Notes under the pieces: generated by a model
Told to the model about the DNA's origin: nothing
Seen by the model: the letters and a program-made list of their open reading frames with translations, nothing else
Database searches by the model: none
Position numbers and translations under genes: made by a program
Part shown: one piece after another, positions 1 to 10,467 of the stretch
Numbering within the stretch: the stretch's first letter is position 1
How the letters are laid out: every line of letters begins with the position of its first letter
Origin: an uncultured Chthoniobacterales bacterium
GTDB taxonomy: Bacteria > Verrucomicrobiota > Verrucomicrobiia > Chthoniobacterales > Terrimicrobiaceae
NCBI GenBank assembly: GCA_964607615.1
Contig: CAZSMN010000002.1
Coordinates: 1 to 46,575 of the forward strand
Length of the DNA: 46,575 bases
Direction of reading: 5' to 3'

Positions 1-30
1 GACGTGGTCGAGTTCCGCTTCAACGTGTGA
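1..30 (+). CDS. 3' end of an upstream CDS cut by the window edge (..DVVEFRFNV*)
   Basis: The frame is open from base 1 to the TGA at 28-30. The stop overlaps the GTG start of the next gene (GTGA). Too short to identify. Confidence 0.25.
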   Translation, partial: DVVEFRFNV

Positions 31-2453
31 AGACGTTTGCGGCCGCGCTTGCCGCCGTCGCCGTGCGGCGCCCGGCTCTGCTCGTCGCCGCGGCTCTCCT
101 CCTCCTCGCGCTTGCGGTTGCCACGCTCCGGAGCAGGCAGGCGTTTGATTCCGAGATTCTTAATCTCCTTCCGTCGGGCACGCCGTCGGTCGAAGGATTG
201 AAGATCTATAACTCGCGCTTCACCTCCGCCCGCGAACTCGCGTTTCTTGTGACGAGCCCGGAGGGTGACGATCGTTCGGCGCAATTCGTCGAGGAACTCC
301 GCCGGCAGCCGTGGGTGCTGAGGGTGATGGACGGCCCGCCCACGGCGTCAAGCGAGGGGCTCAGGAGTCTGCCGGCGCTGATCGCTCCTCTCCTTTTGTC
401 GCAGCAGCCGGCCGACTTCGATGCGACGCTCGAGCGGTTGGACCCGGACGCAATCCGCACCCGCATCGCCCGTCTGGCGGACTCCATGGCCGCGGGATCT
501 CCGCTCGCCCGCATCGCGTTGGAGAGCGATCCTCTCGGCGTCATCGCCCCGATCGCTGCCCGCCTCTCGGAGAAGCTGGCCGTCGCTGAAACATTCGACC
601 TCCAGTCAGGCAATATCCGTTTGGTGCCTGTCATCACCACGCAGACCGATCTGTCGGCCGAGGCGTGCCGGTCGCTCATGGCGGACGTTCTCGCCTTTGT
701 TGAGCGATTCCGTCGCGAGGCGGGTTCGCAAGCTCCCGAAATCGGCGTTACCGGTCGCGCGGCCTATGTCGATGAAATCTCGTCGAGCATGCAAAGCGAC
801 ATCACAACGACAACGATTGTTTCGCTGCTCGCCGTGACCGTGCTCTTCTGGTTTTCCTTCCGCTCGCTGCTTCCGCTGGCTGGCTCGGTTTTGATTCTCG
901 CATTCTCTTGTGTCGTCTCGCTTGCTGCCGGCTCGCTTTTCTTTGACAAGCTGAACGTGGTCGCGATGGGATTTTGCTCGATCCTTATCGGACTGGGGGA
1001 TGATTTCAGCCTGCTCCTCTACCAGCGCTATCTCATCGCGCGGCACGAGGGCAGGGGCCGCGAAGCGGCGATTGCGGAGTCCACCCGCCACTCGGCCCCC
1101 GGCATTCTCTGGGTGGCGCTCACGACCAGCCTTGGCTTTGCGACGCTGATCCTGAGCGGCTCGGCAGGTTTCGGGCAGCTGGGACTTTTGATCTCCGCCG
1201 GTGTCCTCATCGGCGCGGTCGGAATGATTCTGCTCATGCCGTTGTTCGAGCGGGGAAATTCCCTGCCGCCCGAAAGTGACCACATCAAGAGCCTCTGCGG
1301 GGCCTTCCTTTCACGGGGCATGCTGGTGACGGCCTCTCTGCTCCTCGCAGCAGCCATGACGGTGGCCGCTCTTCCCTGGCGGCCGCTCCGTTTCGACACC
1401 TCTCCGCAATCGCTCGAACCGCGTGACATCCCTGCGGCGAAGACGCTTGCTGCGATCATGAAAGCATTTCCGGAGACGTTTGAGCCTGTAATGATCGTGT
1501 TGCCCGGACCGGTTGCTGCGGACGAGTTGGGGGCTCTCGATGCTGCGCTGGAGCGCTTGCGGGAATCGGATGAGATCGCTGGTTTTTCAAGCCCGTCGCC
1601 GCTTGTCGCCGAACCGGCAACTGTGGAGAGGAATCTCCAACGTCTGCGTCAGAATGATGGTGTAGCGCAGGAGAAGGCCGTGAGCGAAGCCGAGGCGGCC
1701 GCCAGCCTAACCGAGGGTTCACTCCAGCCGGCGGCGGATCTTTTAAGGTTGCTCCGGGAGGGGGCGTCGATGGACGCCACGCTTCCACCTTCGTCGCCGT
1801 GGTGGTTTGTTTTGGATCGTGTGGTATCGCCGGGCGCCGGCGACGTGATTTTTTATGTCCGTCTCCCTGCCGGAACTTCTGCGGAGAAGCGGGCCGGCAT
1901 CGAGCACGTCGTGAACGCAGCAGTCCCCCGCGCACTTGTCACCGGATGGAGCCAGATGCTTCACGACCTGGTTCCATGGGCCTCGAGGGAGCTTGTCGTT
2001 TTCGGCTCGCTGGTCATCGCGATCATCCTTGTCATCCTCCTGGCGACTTACCGGAGCCTGCCCTTCCTTGTTCTGCACAGCGTGAGCCTCGCCCTGGCGC
2101 TCTGCGGCACGGTTGCGACCCTCAAGATCACCGGCCAGGCAATCAATCTCCTCAACGTCCTTGCCTTTCCGCTCATTCTTGCCGTGGGAGTGGATTATGG
2201 AGTCCATCTTCTTCTTGCTGTCCGCGAACCGGGAGAGATCCGTCAAAAGCTGCCGGCCGTGATGAAGCCGGTTCTCATCAGCGGGCTGACGACAATGACC
2301 GGATTCGGCGCTTTGACATTGGCCAAAAACCCTGCGCTCAGCGGCCTCGGCCTGGTCTGTGCAACCGGCGTGGCGTGGTGTCTTTTTTCAAGCCTGTGCT
2401 TTCTGGCACCGATCGCATCGCGGTGGATGACGGGCCCGCGGCGGGCCTGCTGA
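27..2453 (+). CDS. MMPL/RND-superfamily membrane transporter
   Basis: 808-aa ORF with two blocks of hydrophobic helices, each preceded by a large soluble loop. RND/MMPL-type transmembrane motifs GLGDDFSLLLYQRY and AVGVDYGVHLL are present. GTG start at 27. Confidence 0.85.
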   Translation: MKTFAAALAAVAVRRPALLVAAALLLLALAVATLRSRQAFDSEILNLLPSGTPSVEGLKIYNSRFTSARELAFLVTSPEGDDRSAQFVEELRRQPWVLRVMDGPPTASSEGLRSLPALIAPLLLSQQPADFDATLERLDPDAIRTRIARLADSMAAGSPLARIALESDPLGVIAPIAARLSEKLAVAETFDLQSGNIRLVPVITTQTDLSAEACRSLMADVLAFVERFRREAGSQAPEIGVTGRAAYVDEISSSMQSDITTTTIVSLLAVTVLFWFSFRSLLPLAGSVLILAFSCVVSLAAGSLFFDKLNVVAMGFCSILIGLGDDFSLLLYQRYLIARHEGRGREAAIAESTRHSAPGILWVALTTSLGFATLILSGSAGFGQLGLLISAGVLIGAVGMILLMPLFERGNSLPPESDHIKSLCGAFLSRGMLVTASLLLAAAMTVAALPWRPLRFDTSPQSLEPRDIPAAKTLAAIMKAFPETFEPVMIVLPGPVAADELGALDAALERLRESDEIAGFSSPSPLVAEPATVERNLQRLRQNDGVAQEKAVSEAEAAASLTEGSLQPAADLLRLLREGASMDATLPPSSPWWFVLDRVVSPGAGDVIFYVRLPAGTSAEKRAGIEHVVNAAVPRALVTGWSQMLHDLVPWASRELVVFGSLVIAIILVILLATYRSLPFLVLHSVSLALALCGTVATLKITGQAINLLNVLAFPLILAVGVDYGVHLLLAVREPGEIRQKLPAVMKPVLISGLTTMTGFGALTLAKNPALSGLGLVCATGVAWCLFSSLCFLAPIASRWMTGPRRAC

Positions 2454-2497
2454 ATCCGGAGCGTGGAGTGGTGCCCCTGACTTGGCCACCGCGTGCT

Positions 2498-3829
2498 CTA
2501 CTCGATGTCCGGCTCTTCCTTTTTGCCCTCTGCCATCAACCTTCTCGCGAAGATAGGGTAAAGAGGCACGCTGGCGAAGAGCACGATCATTGCGGTGCGT
2601 GTCAGGTCGGCATCCGATCCCGCGACCACCCACAAACAGTAGATACTGACGATGGCTACGATGCCAACGACGAGGTAGTGGTGCCAGCGGGTGGTGCCGG
2701 CAATGCAGCCGATTCTTAGAAATGCGATGCCGGAATACATGTAGGGCAGAATCGTCAGGATGATGGCCATATCGATGATCTCGTTGAACTGCTTTGCCAG
2801 TGACGGCGAGGCGGTGACGACGACGATCAGCGACATGAGGACGCCCGTGATGAGGAAGTTCAGGGACGGGATCCCACGCGAATCCACGTGGGAAAAGAGC
2901 TTCGGAAACAACCCATCCCTCGCTGCGGCCGCGGCGGATTGGCTGATCGTGAGGGTCCATCCCACAAGGGATGATCCGGCTTTGAAAATCGCGCAGAGGG
3001 CGATGACAATCGCTCCGGCCGGTCCGAGAACCTTGGCGGCGGCGTCGGCGAACGGGGCCGATGATTTGGCGAGTTGATCGGCGGGCAGGATGCCCATCAG
3101 TACCGTGCACGTCGAGATGTAGAGAATGGCGGCAATCGTCAGGCCGATCATCGTGGCCAGCGGGACGTTCCGCTTCGGATTCTCAATCACGTCCGAGGCG
3201 ACCGCCGCGCTTTCAACACCCATGAAGGCCCAGAGGGCAAAGGCCGCACTTGTCGAGATGGCATCCCACTGGGATTCGTGGGAAGGATTCCAACTGCCGA
3301 GGAAGATGTCGGGATTGAACCATTTCCAACCGAGCGTCGCGATGGCGAGAAGGGGGATCATTGCCAGCACGGTTCCCCATCCGGTGAAGAACCCGACGCA
3401 GCGAGGGCCGGCGATGTTGACGAATGTGGCCACCCAGACCACTCCGATCGTGAAAAGGGCTTCCCGCCCGGTGCCGCCGATTGCCGGGATGAGCTCGGTG
3501 AAATATCCGGTCACGGTTGTGGCGACGGCGATGTTGCCGACCAGATTGGCCGACCAGTAGATGTAGTTCGTCTGGAAGCCCAGATAGGGGCCCAGCGCCT
3601 CTCTGGCGTAGGCGTAGGGGCCGCCCGCCTCCGGCTTAACCGCTCCGAGCATCGCAAACATGAGCCCGATCGCCGCCGCGCCGACGCCGGCCACCAGCCA
3701 GCCGAAAATCGAAATGCTCCCGACCGAGGCCATGCTGACCGGCAGCAGAAAGATTCCGGTGCCGACCATGTTCACCAGAACGAGCACGGTCGCCATGGCG
3801 AGCCCCATCTTTTTTTTTCCGGGCGTCAT
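2498..3829 (-). CDS. APC-family basic amino acid/polyamine antiporter, PotE/CadB-like
   Basis: KKKMGLAMATVLVLVNMVGTGIFLLP, SWNPSHES, ENPKRNVPLA and TASPSLAKQFN..ILPYMYS match my recollection of E. coli PotE (KMGVVQLTILTMVNMMGSGIIMLP, SWNPHH, ENPERNVPIA, TISPSLNSQFN). Start taken at ATG 3829; the ORF-track start at 3880 is also possible. Confidence 0.9.
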   Translation of the reverse strand: MTPGKKKMGLAMATVLVLVNMVGTGIFLLPVSMASVGSISIFGWLVAGVGAAAIGLMFAMLGAVKPEAGGPYAYAREALGPYLGFQTNYIYWSANLVGNIAVATTVTGYFTELIPAIGGTGREALFTIGVVWVATFVNIAGPRCVGFFTGWGTVLAMIPLLAIATLGWKWFNPDIFLGSWNPSHESQWDAISTSAAFALWAFMGVESAAVASDVIENPKRNVPLATMIGLTIAAILYISTCTVLMGILPADQLAKSSAPFADAAAKVLGPAGAIVIALCAIFKAGSSLVGWTLTISQSAAAAARDGLFPKLFSHVDSRGIPSLNFLITGVLMSLIVVVTASPSLAKQFNEIIDMAIILTILPYMYSGIAFLRIGCIAGTTRWHHYLVVGIVAIVSIYCLWVVAGSDADLTRTAMIVLFASVPLYPIFARRLMAEGKKEEPDIE

Positions 3830-3905
3830 GTCAGTGGCGGCCTCCGCCCGCAGCCGTCGAGGCCCCGCGATTGTCTGCAATTAGTAGGAACGACGGGCGG
3901 AGTGG

Positions 3906-6155
3906 TCATCGTAGGACGAGGAGCTTATAGACTCCGTCGTCCGATTCAATCCCATGCGTGTCGTGGGCAAATCCCGGAAACTTGCGGTCCCAGTCCTGGA
4001 TCGCCCTCAGGTAGGCGAGAAACGGTTCGTCCATCGTGCCCAGCCGTTCGCCGGGCATGACCATGGGAATTCCCGGCGGGTAGGGGACGATGCCTGTTGC
4101 CGCAATCCGGCCGGCTGCATCGTCCACGGAGATGCGTTCCACCTCGTTGGCGATGAGCTTCTGGTAGGCGTCGGCAGGCGGCATGGCGATCTCGGGAAGC
4201 ACGGAAAACGCGCGGGCCTGTGCCTGAAGCTGTCCGCCCTGTCGCAGGTGGGACTGCATGCGTTCCCCGAGGTCGCGGAGCCCGAGGCCGGGATAGAGCG
4301 GCGCGACGGCGGGGATCGTGTCGCTCAGCGGGGCATTGGTGTCGTAGTCGCGTTTGAAGGCGAGCAGCGAGTGAACGAGCGTGCTCCACTTGGCGTTGGT
4401 GATGCCGAGCGAAAACAGGAAGAGAATCGTATAGTCGGTTGTCTTCTCGACCTCGATGCCGCGGGCATCGAGATAGGCCGTGAGAAGAGTTGCGGGAAAT
4501 CCCGTTTCCGCAATCGAGCCGTCGGTATGGACCCCGGGCGTCACGACCGAGACTTTGATAGGGTCGAGCATGCAGTAGTCCTCCTCGAGATCGAAGCCGT
4601 GCCACTCCTCGCCGGGATGGAGAACCCAGCAGGACGGGGAAGATGCGAGGAGATCCGGAGCGATTTGCTCGAACGCTTCGTGCTGACCGGTCCGGGGGTT
4701 CCGCACATGGAGAGGATTCCATGTTTGGAAAAACCAATCGTCCCGGCCGTCGTGTTCCCTCCAGAGCCTGGTGATGGTCTGCCGGAAGGCAATGGCTTCG
4801 CGAATCGATTCGTCGACCAGCACCTCGCCGCTCCGGCCTTGCATCATTGCCGCACTGATATCGTTCGAAGCGATGATCGGGTAGAAGGGTGACGTCGAGC
4901 CGTGCATCATGAACGACTCGTTGAAGCGCTGGTGATCGATGGCCTGCCGCCCGTCGCGGACATGGATAAACGAAGCCTGCGACAGCGCCGCGAGGAGCTT
5001 GTGTGTCGAGTGCGTGGCAAAGAGCGTGGGCCCGTCCGCAGGGTGTTCTCCCGGCTCGCCGCGCATCGTGAATCTGCCGGCATAAATCGGATGGAACTTC
5101 GCGTAACCATACCAGGCCTCGTCAAAATGGATCCGGTCGACGGAATCGCCGATGACCTCGAGCACGCGATCGACGTTGTACGTCAGTCCGTCATAGGTCG
5201 AGTTGGTGATGACGAGATGCGCCGGCCGTCCCTCCGCGCAGAGCTTCTCGGGCGTGAGACTCTCCGGCGGGATCGGGCCGATGATTCCCAGCCTGTTGCG
5301 GGTCGGCAGCAGATAGGCGGGGATGGCTCCGGTCAGCGTAAGGCCCTGTTCGTTGGACTTGTGGCAGTTCCGGTCGACCCAGGCCTTCTGTCCGCGTCTC
5401 ACGCAGGCCATCCAGATAATGCGGTTCGATGTGGAGGTGCCGTTGGTTACCGAATACGAGCGGTGGGCACCGAAGACCTTGGCGGCAAATTTTTCCCCCT
5501 CGCCGATCGGTCCCGTATGGTCGAGCAGCGAGCCGAGTTCCCCGACGCTGATCGACAGGTCGCTCCGGAACATGGCCTCGCCGAAGTAGTCGTAGAAAAG
5601 CCGTCCGGCCGGTGATTTCTGGAACGCCGTGCCCCCGGTATGGCCCGGTGTGTGCCACGAGTATTCGTGCACGCGGTCGAACGCGAAGAGGGCCTTGGCC
5701 ATCGGGCCGAGGAGCCCGGCTGAGTAGCTCCGAACGGCGGCGCTGATCCGTCCGCCGATAAATGGTGCGCTGTCCTCCATGAGCCAGACAAGTTCGCTCA
5801 CGGAGGCGAGCAGCGATTCGGACAGCCCCATCGCGCTTTCGCGGTCCGTCAGGAGAAAAATCGGGATGCGGTCGTTGCGGGAACGGATGAAGGCAATGAG
5901 ATCCTCGGCGGCGGCATGCGGGGCATCGGGGTCGTTTCCGAGCGTCCAGTCCACCAGCACTCCGTGAAGGCCGGCATCCGCGAGGAAAAGACTCCGCCCG
6001 TCGACGGCACCGGGACCCGGAACGACATCGATGCCGTTGAGCTCGAGTTCGGATTTCAGGGATAGCGCGGCACGGCCGGCCGCAGTGGACATTTCGAGGT
6101 CGTCATCGACCAGCAGGACACGATGGCGGAGGATTCGGGAGCGGCGTTCGATCAT
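3906..6155 (-). CDS. Biodegradative Orn/Lys/Arg-family PLP decarboxylase, SpeF/CadA-like (substrate unresolved)
   Basis: 749 aa with an N-terminal receiver-like wing (RVLLVDDD). PLP-lysine motif [56 protein letters not shown] and VITNSTYDGL resemble CadA/SpeF rather than AdiA. The decarboxylase-then-antiporter order matches speF-potE. Confidence 0.9.
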   Translation of the reverse strand: MIERRSRILRHRVLLVDDDLEMSTAAGRAALSLKSELELNGIDVVPGPGAVDGRSLFLADAGLHGVLVDWTLGNDPDAPHAAAEDLIAFIRSRNDRIPIFLLTDRESAMGLSESLLASVSELVWLMEDSAPFIGGRISAAVRSYSAGLLGPMAKALFAFDRVHEYSWHTPGHTGGTAFQKSPAGRLFYDYFGEAMFRSDLSISVGELGSLLDHTGPIGEGEKFAAKVFGAHRSYSVTNGTSTSNRIIWMACVRRGQKAWVDRNCHKSNEQGLTLTGAIPAYLLPTRNRLGIIGPIPPESLTPEKLCAEGRPAHLVITNSTYDGLTYNVDRVLEVIGDSVDRIHFDEAWYGYAKFHPIYAGRFTMRGEPGEHPADGPTLFATHSTHKLLAALSQASFIHVRDGRQAIDHQRFNESFMMHGSTSPFYPIIASNDISAAMMQGRSGEVLVDESIREAIAFRQTITRLWREHDGRDDWFFQTWNPLHVRNPRTGQHEAFEQIAPDLLASSPSCWVLHPGEEWHGFDLEEDYCMLDPIKVSVVTPGVHTDGSIAETGFPATLLTAYLDARGIEVEKTTDYTILFLFSLGITNAKWSTLVHSLLAFKRDYDTNAPLSDTIPAVAPLYPGLGLRDLGERMQSHLRQGGQLQAQARAFSVLPEIAMPPADAYQKLIANEVERISVDDAAGRIAATGIVPYPPGIPMVMPGERLGTMDEPFLAYLRAIQDWDRKFPGFAHDTHGIESDDGVYKLLVLR

Positions 6156-6158
6156 GAT

Positions 6159-6584
6159 TCAGGAGGGTAGGATGAAGGGTTTCAGGTCATCGGGGAGCAG
6201 ATGGAGACGGAACTCCAGCGCCGGGGAGCCGAAATTCATGAGGACCGCCCTCTCCAGCCCGGTGAGGCAAAGGAAGTTAAGGACCTCCGCGTCGTCGTCA
6301 CTCTCGAGAGCGGGTTTGGCCCGGCATTCGAGAAGAATCGAGCCGAAGCAGACAAAGTCGGCCTTGAAGAAACTTTGCAGGGCAGTTCCTTTGTAGAAGA
6401 CCTTCAGCGGCTTCTCGCGCTCAAAGGGGATGCGCCGGTTCACGAATTCGAGAACCAGTGCATCCTGGTAAACCGTTTCGGCCAGACCGCGGTGGAGCTG
6501 GGCATGGACTTCGACCGCTGCGCCGAGAATGGCCTCGGTCCTCGGGTCTTTGTGCTGATTTTTCTTATGAGTGGGGGATCTCAT
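6159..6584 (-). CDS. GxxExxY protein (PD-(D/E)XK-like fold family)
   Basis: Family signature GLAETVYQDAL, followed by EREKPLKVFYKG and the ..LLECRAKP.. and AVLMNFG blocks typical of GxxExxY proteins. ATG at 6584; an alternative TTG at 6596 would overlap the upstream stop. Confidence 0.8.
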   Translation of the reverse strand: MRSPTHKKNQHKDPRTEAILGAAVEVHAQLHRGLAETVYQDALVLEFVNRRIPFEREKPLKVFYKGTALQSFFKADFVCFGSILLECRAKPALESDDDAEVLNFLCLTGLERAVLMNFGSPALEFRLHLLPDDLKPFILPS

Positions 6585-6592
6585 AGCGGGGG

Positions 6593-6787
6593 TCAACGCG
6601 GTGTCTGCATGACCCGGCCGTGCTGGATGGAGTTGGTGGGAGATGGTTCATCGGACGCAACATAGGGCATCTTGCCCCGATGAAACCGGAGGTGATACTG
6701 CGGGCCTTCGCTCGGGCGTGGCCAGAACTCGTGACCGAGGAGAAATCCAACAGCAAACACTGCGAAAAGGATGGCGAGTGCGCGCAT
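6593..6787 (-). CDS. Hypothetical 64-aa protein with one N-terminal hydrophobic helix
   Basis: The ATG lies 1 nt after the adiC-like stop. The N-terminus MRALAILFAVFAVGFLLG is a signal or anchor helix. No recognisable domain. Coding status rests on position and the helix only. Confidence 0.4.
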   Translation of the reverse strand: MRALAILFAVFAVGFLLGHEFWPRPSEGPQYHLRFHRGKMPYVASDEPSPTNSIQHGRVMQTPR

Positions 6788-6788
6788 G

Positions 6789-8090
6789 CTATTCCTGGGG
6801 TGGGGGAGGTTGACGATGGCTGACCTGGTTGATCGCGTAGAGCACCGCGCTCAGCAGCAGCGCGATCGCCAGCCAGATGACCTGCTTCGGATCCGAACCG
6901 AGGACTGCCCAGAGGCAGTAGACGGTGGTAATGCCAACCATGATGCCCATTCCGACTCCGATCTTCTTTGCCAACCAGACAAGAGCGCCGGCGACGTAGA
7001 CGTAGGCAACGAGCGTCATAAGCACTGCGATGGAGGAGATGACGCCGAACTCTTTCGAGGCCGTCGGCGAGATCGTCAGGAGCTGCGCGGCCGTCATCAG
7101 AAATCCTGTGATGATGAGGCCTTTCACGGGCACTCCGTGCTGGTTCTCCACGCCGAAGATCCGTGGGAAGAGTCCGCCGTCGGAGGCGGCCTTGGCCGTC
7201 TGTGCGGTTGCGAGCACCCATCCGCCGAGCGAGCCAAGGCATCCGGCCGCCGCGCAGAAGGAGACGATGGCGCCACCCGCGGGCCCCAGCACCAGGCTTG
7301 CGCAATCGGCAAACGGTGCCGCGGATTTCTGGAGAGCGGCATTCGGGATGGCGCCCATGATGGCTGTGCACGAAAGAACATAGGTCACCGCCGCCAGAAG
7401 AACACCGCCGACCGTCGCGATGGGCACGTTCTTCTTCGGGTTATCGACCACGCCGGCTGCAACCGAGGCGGTCTCCACACCGATGAACGACCAGAGCGTT
7501 ACGTTGAGCACGCCCTGGATGGCGCCGAAGGTGTCTTTTCCGCTGACGTTCCACGCGGCCATGTAGGTCGCGGGATCGAACTTGAACCAACCGACGATTG
7601 CCACGCCGACGATGGCGACCAGCGCGAGGATTGTCGTGACGGATTGGACGTTCGTGGTGAGTTTCGGCCCGATGATGTTGATGAACGTGAACAGCCAGAT
7701 CATCCCGATACAGGCGGCGGCAAGCACGTAAGGGTCTTTAAGGGCCGGAAAGAAGAAGCTCAGATAGCCGACGCCCACGACAGCGAGTGCGACATTTCCG
7801 ATCCAGCCGGCCAGCCAGTAGAGGAGATTGGTCTGATAGCCTATGAAGGGACCGAACGCCCGCCGCGCATACGCATAGGAGCCGCCGGGGCTGTCATCGA
7901 TCGATGCCATCTTCGCGTAGACGATCGCGAGGCAGAGCGCGCCGGTGATGGTCACCACCCATCCGTAAATGGCGATGCCTCCCGTTGCCGCGAGGTTGGC
8001 CGGGAGCATGAAAACTCCGGAGCCCATGATGTTGCCCGCCACCATGAGGGTGGCCGGGATGACGCCGACTTTCTTGGAGGGATCGCTCAT
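6789..8090 (-). CDS. adiC: Arginine/agmatine antiporter
   Basis: Near-collinear with my recollection of E. coli AdiC: [100 protein letters not shown]. Start at the internal ATG 8090 (MSDPSKK); the track start at 8129 would overlap adiA. Confidence 0.9.
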   Translation of the reverse strand: MSDPSKKVGVIPATLMVAGNIMGSGVFMLPANLAATGGIAIYGWVVTITGALCLAIVYAKMASIDDSPGGSYAYARRAFGPFIGYQTNLLYWLAGWIGNVALAVVGVGYLSFFFPALKDPYVLAAACIGMIWLFTFINIIGPKLTTNVQSVTTILALVAIVGVAIVGWFKFDPATYMAAWNVSGKDTFGAIQGVLNVTLWSFIGVETASVAAGVVDNPKKNVPIATVGGVLLAAVTYVLSCTAIMGAIPNAALQKSAAPFADCASLVLGPAGGAIVSFCAAAGCLGSLGGWVLATAQTAKAASDGGLFPRIFGVENQHGVPVKGLIITGFLMTAAQLLTISPTASKEFGVISSIAVLMTLVAYVYVAGALVWLAKKIGVGMGIMVGITTVYCLWAVLGSDPKQVIWLAIALLLSAVLYAINQVSHRQPPPPQE

Positions 8091-8113
8091 AGGGGGGAAA
8101 GCTGTGGGGGTTG

Positions 8114-10420
8114 CTAATTCTTCACGCACCAGAAGTGGTAGAGGCCGTTTTCGACGACAGCCCCCTCCACGATTTTTTCAAAGCCGGGAAACTCGTGTCC
8201 CCAGGCTTCCATTGCGCGGAGGAAAGTCAGCCACGGCCCATCGGCCGGTCCGCAATTCTCGCCCGGCATGAGGATCGGGATGCCCGGAGGGTAGGGAATC
8301 GCGCCAACGGCAATCGTGCGCCCCGGCATCTGCGCCAGCGGGAGAAGCTCGACGTCGCCCGACATGAGTCTGGCGTTGGCAGCGCGCGGCGTGAGCACCG
8401 GCTCGGGAAGGTTTCCGAACGCGGCCGCCTGCGCCTTGTCCATCGCGCTGGTCTTCATGCGGCCAAGCATCCGGTCGCAGAGATCCTTCACTCCCATGGC
8501 TCCGTAAAGAGACGGCGCGGTGGCGACGAGGTCGGGGAGGACTTCCGAAAGATCCTCGTTGCGGTCGTAGAGCGCCTTGAAATTCAGCAGGGTATTGATG
8601 AGCGTTCCCCATTTGCCCTTGGTGATTCCGACCGAGAAAAGGCAGAGGACCATGAAGTCGGTCGTTCGCGAGGGAATGATCCCGTGCCGGTAGAGAAAGC
8701 TGCTAAGCACCGCCGCTGGAATTCCGTTTTCCTCGAGTTCGCCGTTATCTCCCATTCCCGGGCAGACAATGCCGGCCTTGATCGGATCGAGCATACACCA
8801 TCCGTCCGGAAGGCCGTCGAATCCATGCCACGTGTCTCCGGGGTGAAGGATCCAACACGAGGGGTCTGTGGCGAGCAGCTCGTGTGGCGCATCGGCGAAC
8901 GGGATGAGCTCGCGGGTGTCAGGGTCGCGCACCTCGGATGCGTTCCATGGCTGGAAAAACCAGTCGCCCTTCCGTGCAAACTCGCGGTGGGCCCTTGCAA
9001 GGGCCTGACGGAAATCCACGGCCTCATCAATCACCTCCTGCGTGAGCGCTTTTCCGTGACCGCGGTCCATCATTGCAGCGCCGATCTCGTTCGATGCGAT
9101 GATCGCGTAGAGGGGCGACGTGCTGGCCTGCGCCATGTAGGCCTCGTTGAAGCGGCTGTGCACGATCGGCCGCCGTCCGCTTCTTACGTGGATATAGGAA
9201 GACTGGGAAAGGGCAGCGAGAAGCTTGTGCGTCGAGTGCGTCGCAAAAATGGTGGGGCCATCCGAGGGATGGTCCTTTGGATCTCCCCGCATCGCGTGGC
9301 GGTCGCGGTAGATCGGATTGAACCGGGCGTAGGCATACCAGGCCTCGTCGAAATGGATCGTATCCACGCTCTGATCGAGGAGGTTCTGAACGTCGGCCGC
9401 GTGGTAGCACATGCCGTCGTAGGTGCAGTTCGTGACGACGGCATAGACCGGCCGCTCCCTGGCAAAAAGGTGGCGGAGCGGATGCTTTGCGATCTTGTCC
9501 GCGATGGCGTCCGGTGAAAACTCCGAGGGCGGAATCGGACCGATGATGCCGTAGCGGTTGCGCGTGGGGCGGAGAAAAACCGGAATCCCCCCGCTGATCA
9601 CGAGGCCCTGCTCGATCGACTTGTGGCAATTGCGATCGCAGAGGGCGGCATCGTTGTCGTTGATGATGGCCGACATGATCGAGCGGTTTGACCCCGACGT
9701 GCCGTTGAGAACCGAATAGCTGAGCTGGGCGCCGAAGACGCGCGCGGCATATTTTTCGGCCTCGCCGATCGGGCCCTCGTGATCAAGAAGCGATCCCATT
9801 GGCGTACGTTCGATGCCGGTATCCGTGCGGAAGAGATTCTCGCCGAAATAGTCGAAAAAGACGCGGCCCTCCGGCGTCTTGGTAAAGGCGACGCCTCCCT
9901 GGTGTCCGGGTGCCGCCCACGAGTGCTCGCGCGTCGCCGTGTACTCAAGAAGCGAGCGCATGAAGGGAGGCAGGAGATTCGCATGGTAGCGCCTGATCGC
10001 CGCCAGCGCGCGGCCGGCAACGAAGGGCGCCGTATCCTCCAGCATCCATACGAACTCGTTCGCGAGTTCCATGACCTCGATGCCGGGCGTATGGTTCCGA
10101 GCCCGGTCCGCCATAAGGAAGACCGGAACGTCATTGCGGCGGACGCGTATCGTTCGCAGGAGAGACTCCGCCTGCGCATGGGCCGCGGAATCATCTGCGC
10201 CGATCGTCCAGTCCACAAAGATGCAGGAGATCGAAGCGTCGGCGAGAACCACCGACTTGCCGTCCTCGACGCTTGCCGCTTCAACAACATCCGCCGAGCG
10301 GGCCGTGAACTCATTGACGAGATCCCGTATGGCGCGGCCTCCTGCCGTGTGTGGGGTTGCCAGCTTGTCATCGACAACGAGGACCCTCCGCTTGAGAAGG
10401 GTGTTGGTGCGTTCGATCAT
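8114..10420 (-). CDS. adiA: Biodegradative arginine decarboxylase
   Basis: 769 aa from ATG 10420 ([18 protein letters not shown]). [67 protein letters not shown] and [17 protein letters not shown] are present. The C-terminus [10 protein letters not shown] parallels E. coli AdiA GIYHVMCVKA. Confidence 0.9.
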   Translation of the reverse strand: MIERTNTLLKRRVLVVDDKLATPHTAGGRAIRDLVNEFTARSADVVEAASVEDGKSVVLADASISCIFVDWTIGADDSAAHAQAESLLRTIRVRRNDVPVFLMADRARNHTPGIEVMELANEFVWMLEDTAPFVAGRALAAIRRYHANLLPPFMRSLLEYTATREHSWAAPGHQGGVAFTKTPEGRVFFDYFGENLFRTDTGIERTPMGSLLDHEGPIGEAEKYAARVFGAQLSYSVLNGTSGSNRSIMSAIINDNDAALCDRNCHKSIEQGLVISGGIPVFLRPTRNRYGIIGPIPPSEFSPDAIADKIAKHPLRHLFARERPVYAVVTNCTYDGMCYHAADVQNLLDQSVDTIHFDEAWYAYARFNPIYRDRHAMRGDPKDHPSDGPTIFATHSTHKLLAALSQSSYIHVRSGRRPIVHSRFNEAYMAQASTSPLYAIIASNEIGAAMMDRGHGKALTQEVIDEAVDFRQALARAHREFARKGDWFFQPWNASEVRDPDTRELIPFADAPHELLATDPSCWILHPGDTWHGFDGLPDGWCMLDPIKAGIVCPGMGDNGELEENGIPAAVLSSFLYRHGIIPSRTTDFMVLCLFSVGITKGKWGTLINTLLNFKALYDRNEDLSEVLPDLVATAPSLYGAMGVKDLCDRMLGRMKTSAMDKAQAAAFGNLPEPVLTPRAANARLMSGDVELLPLAQMPGRTIAVGAIPYPPGIPILMPGENCGPADGPWLTFLRAMEAWGHEFPGFEKIVEGAVVENGLYHFWCVKN

Positions 10421-10467
10421 ACGTTGATGAGGGTTGCCTGTTGGCGGATGAGAGGAAGGGAAGGGGG

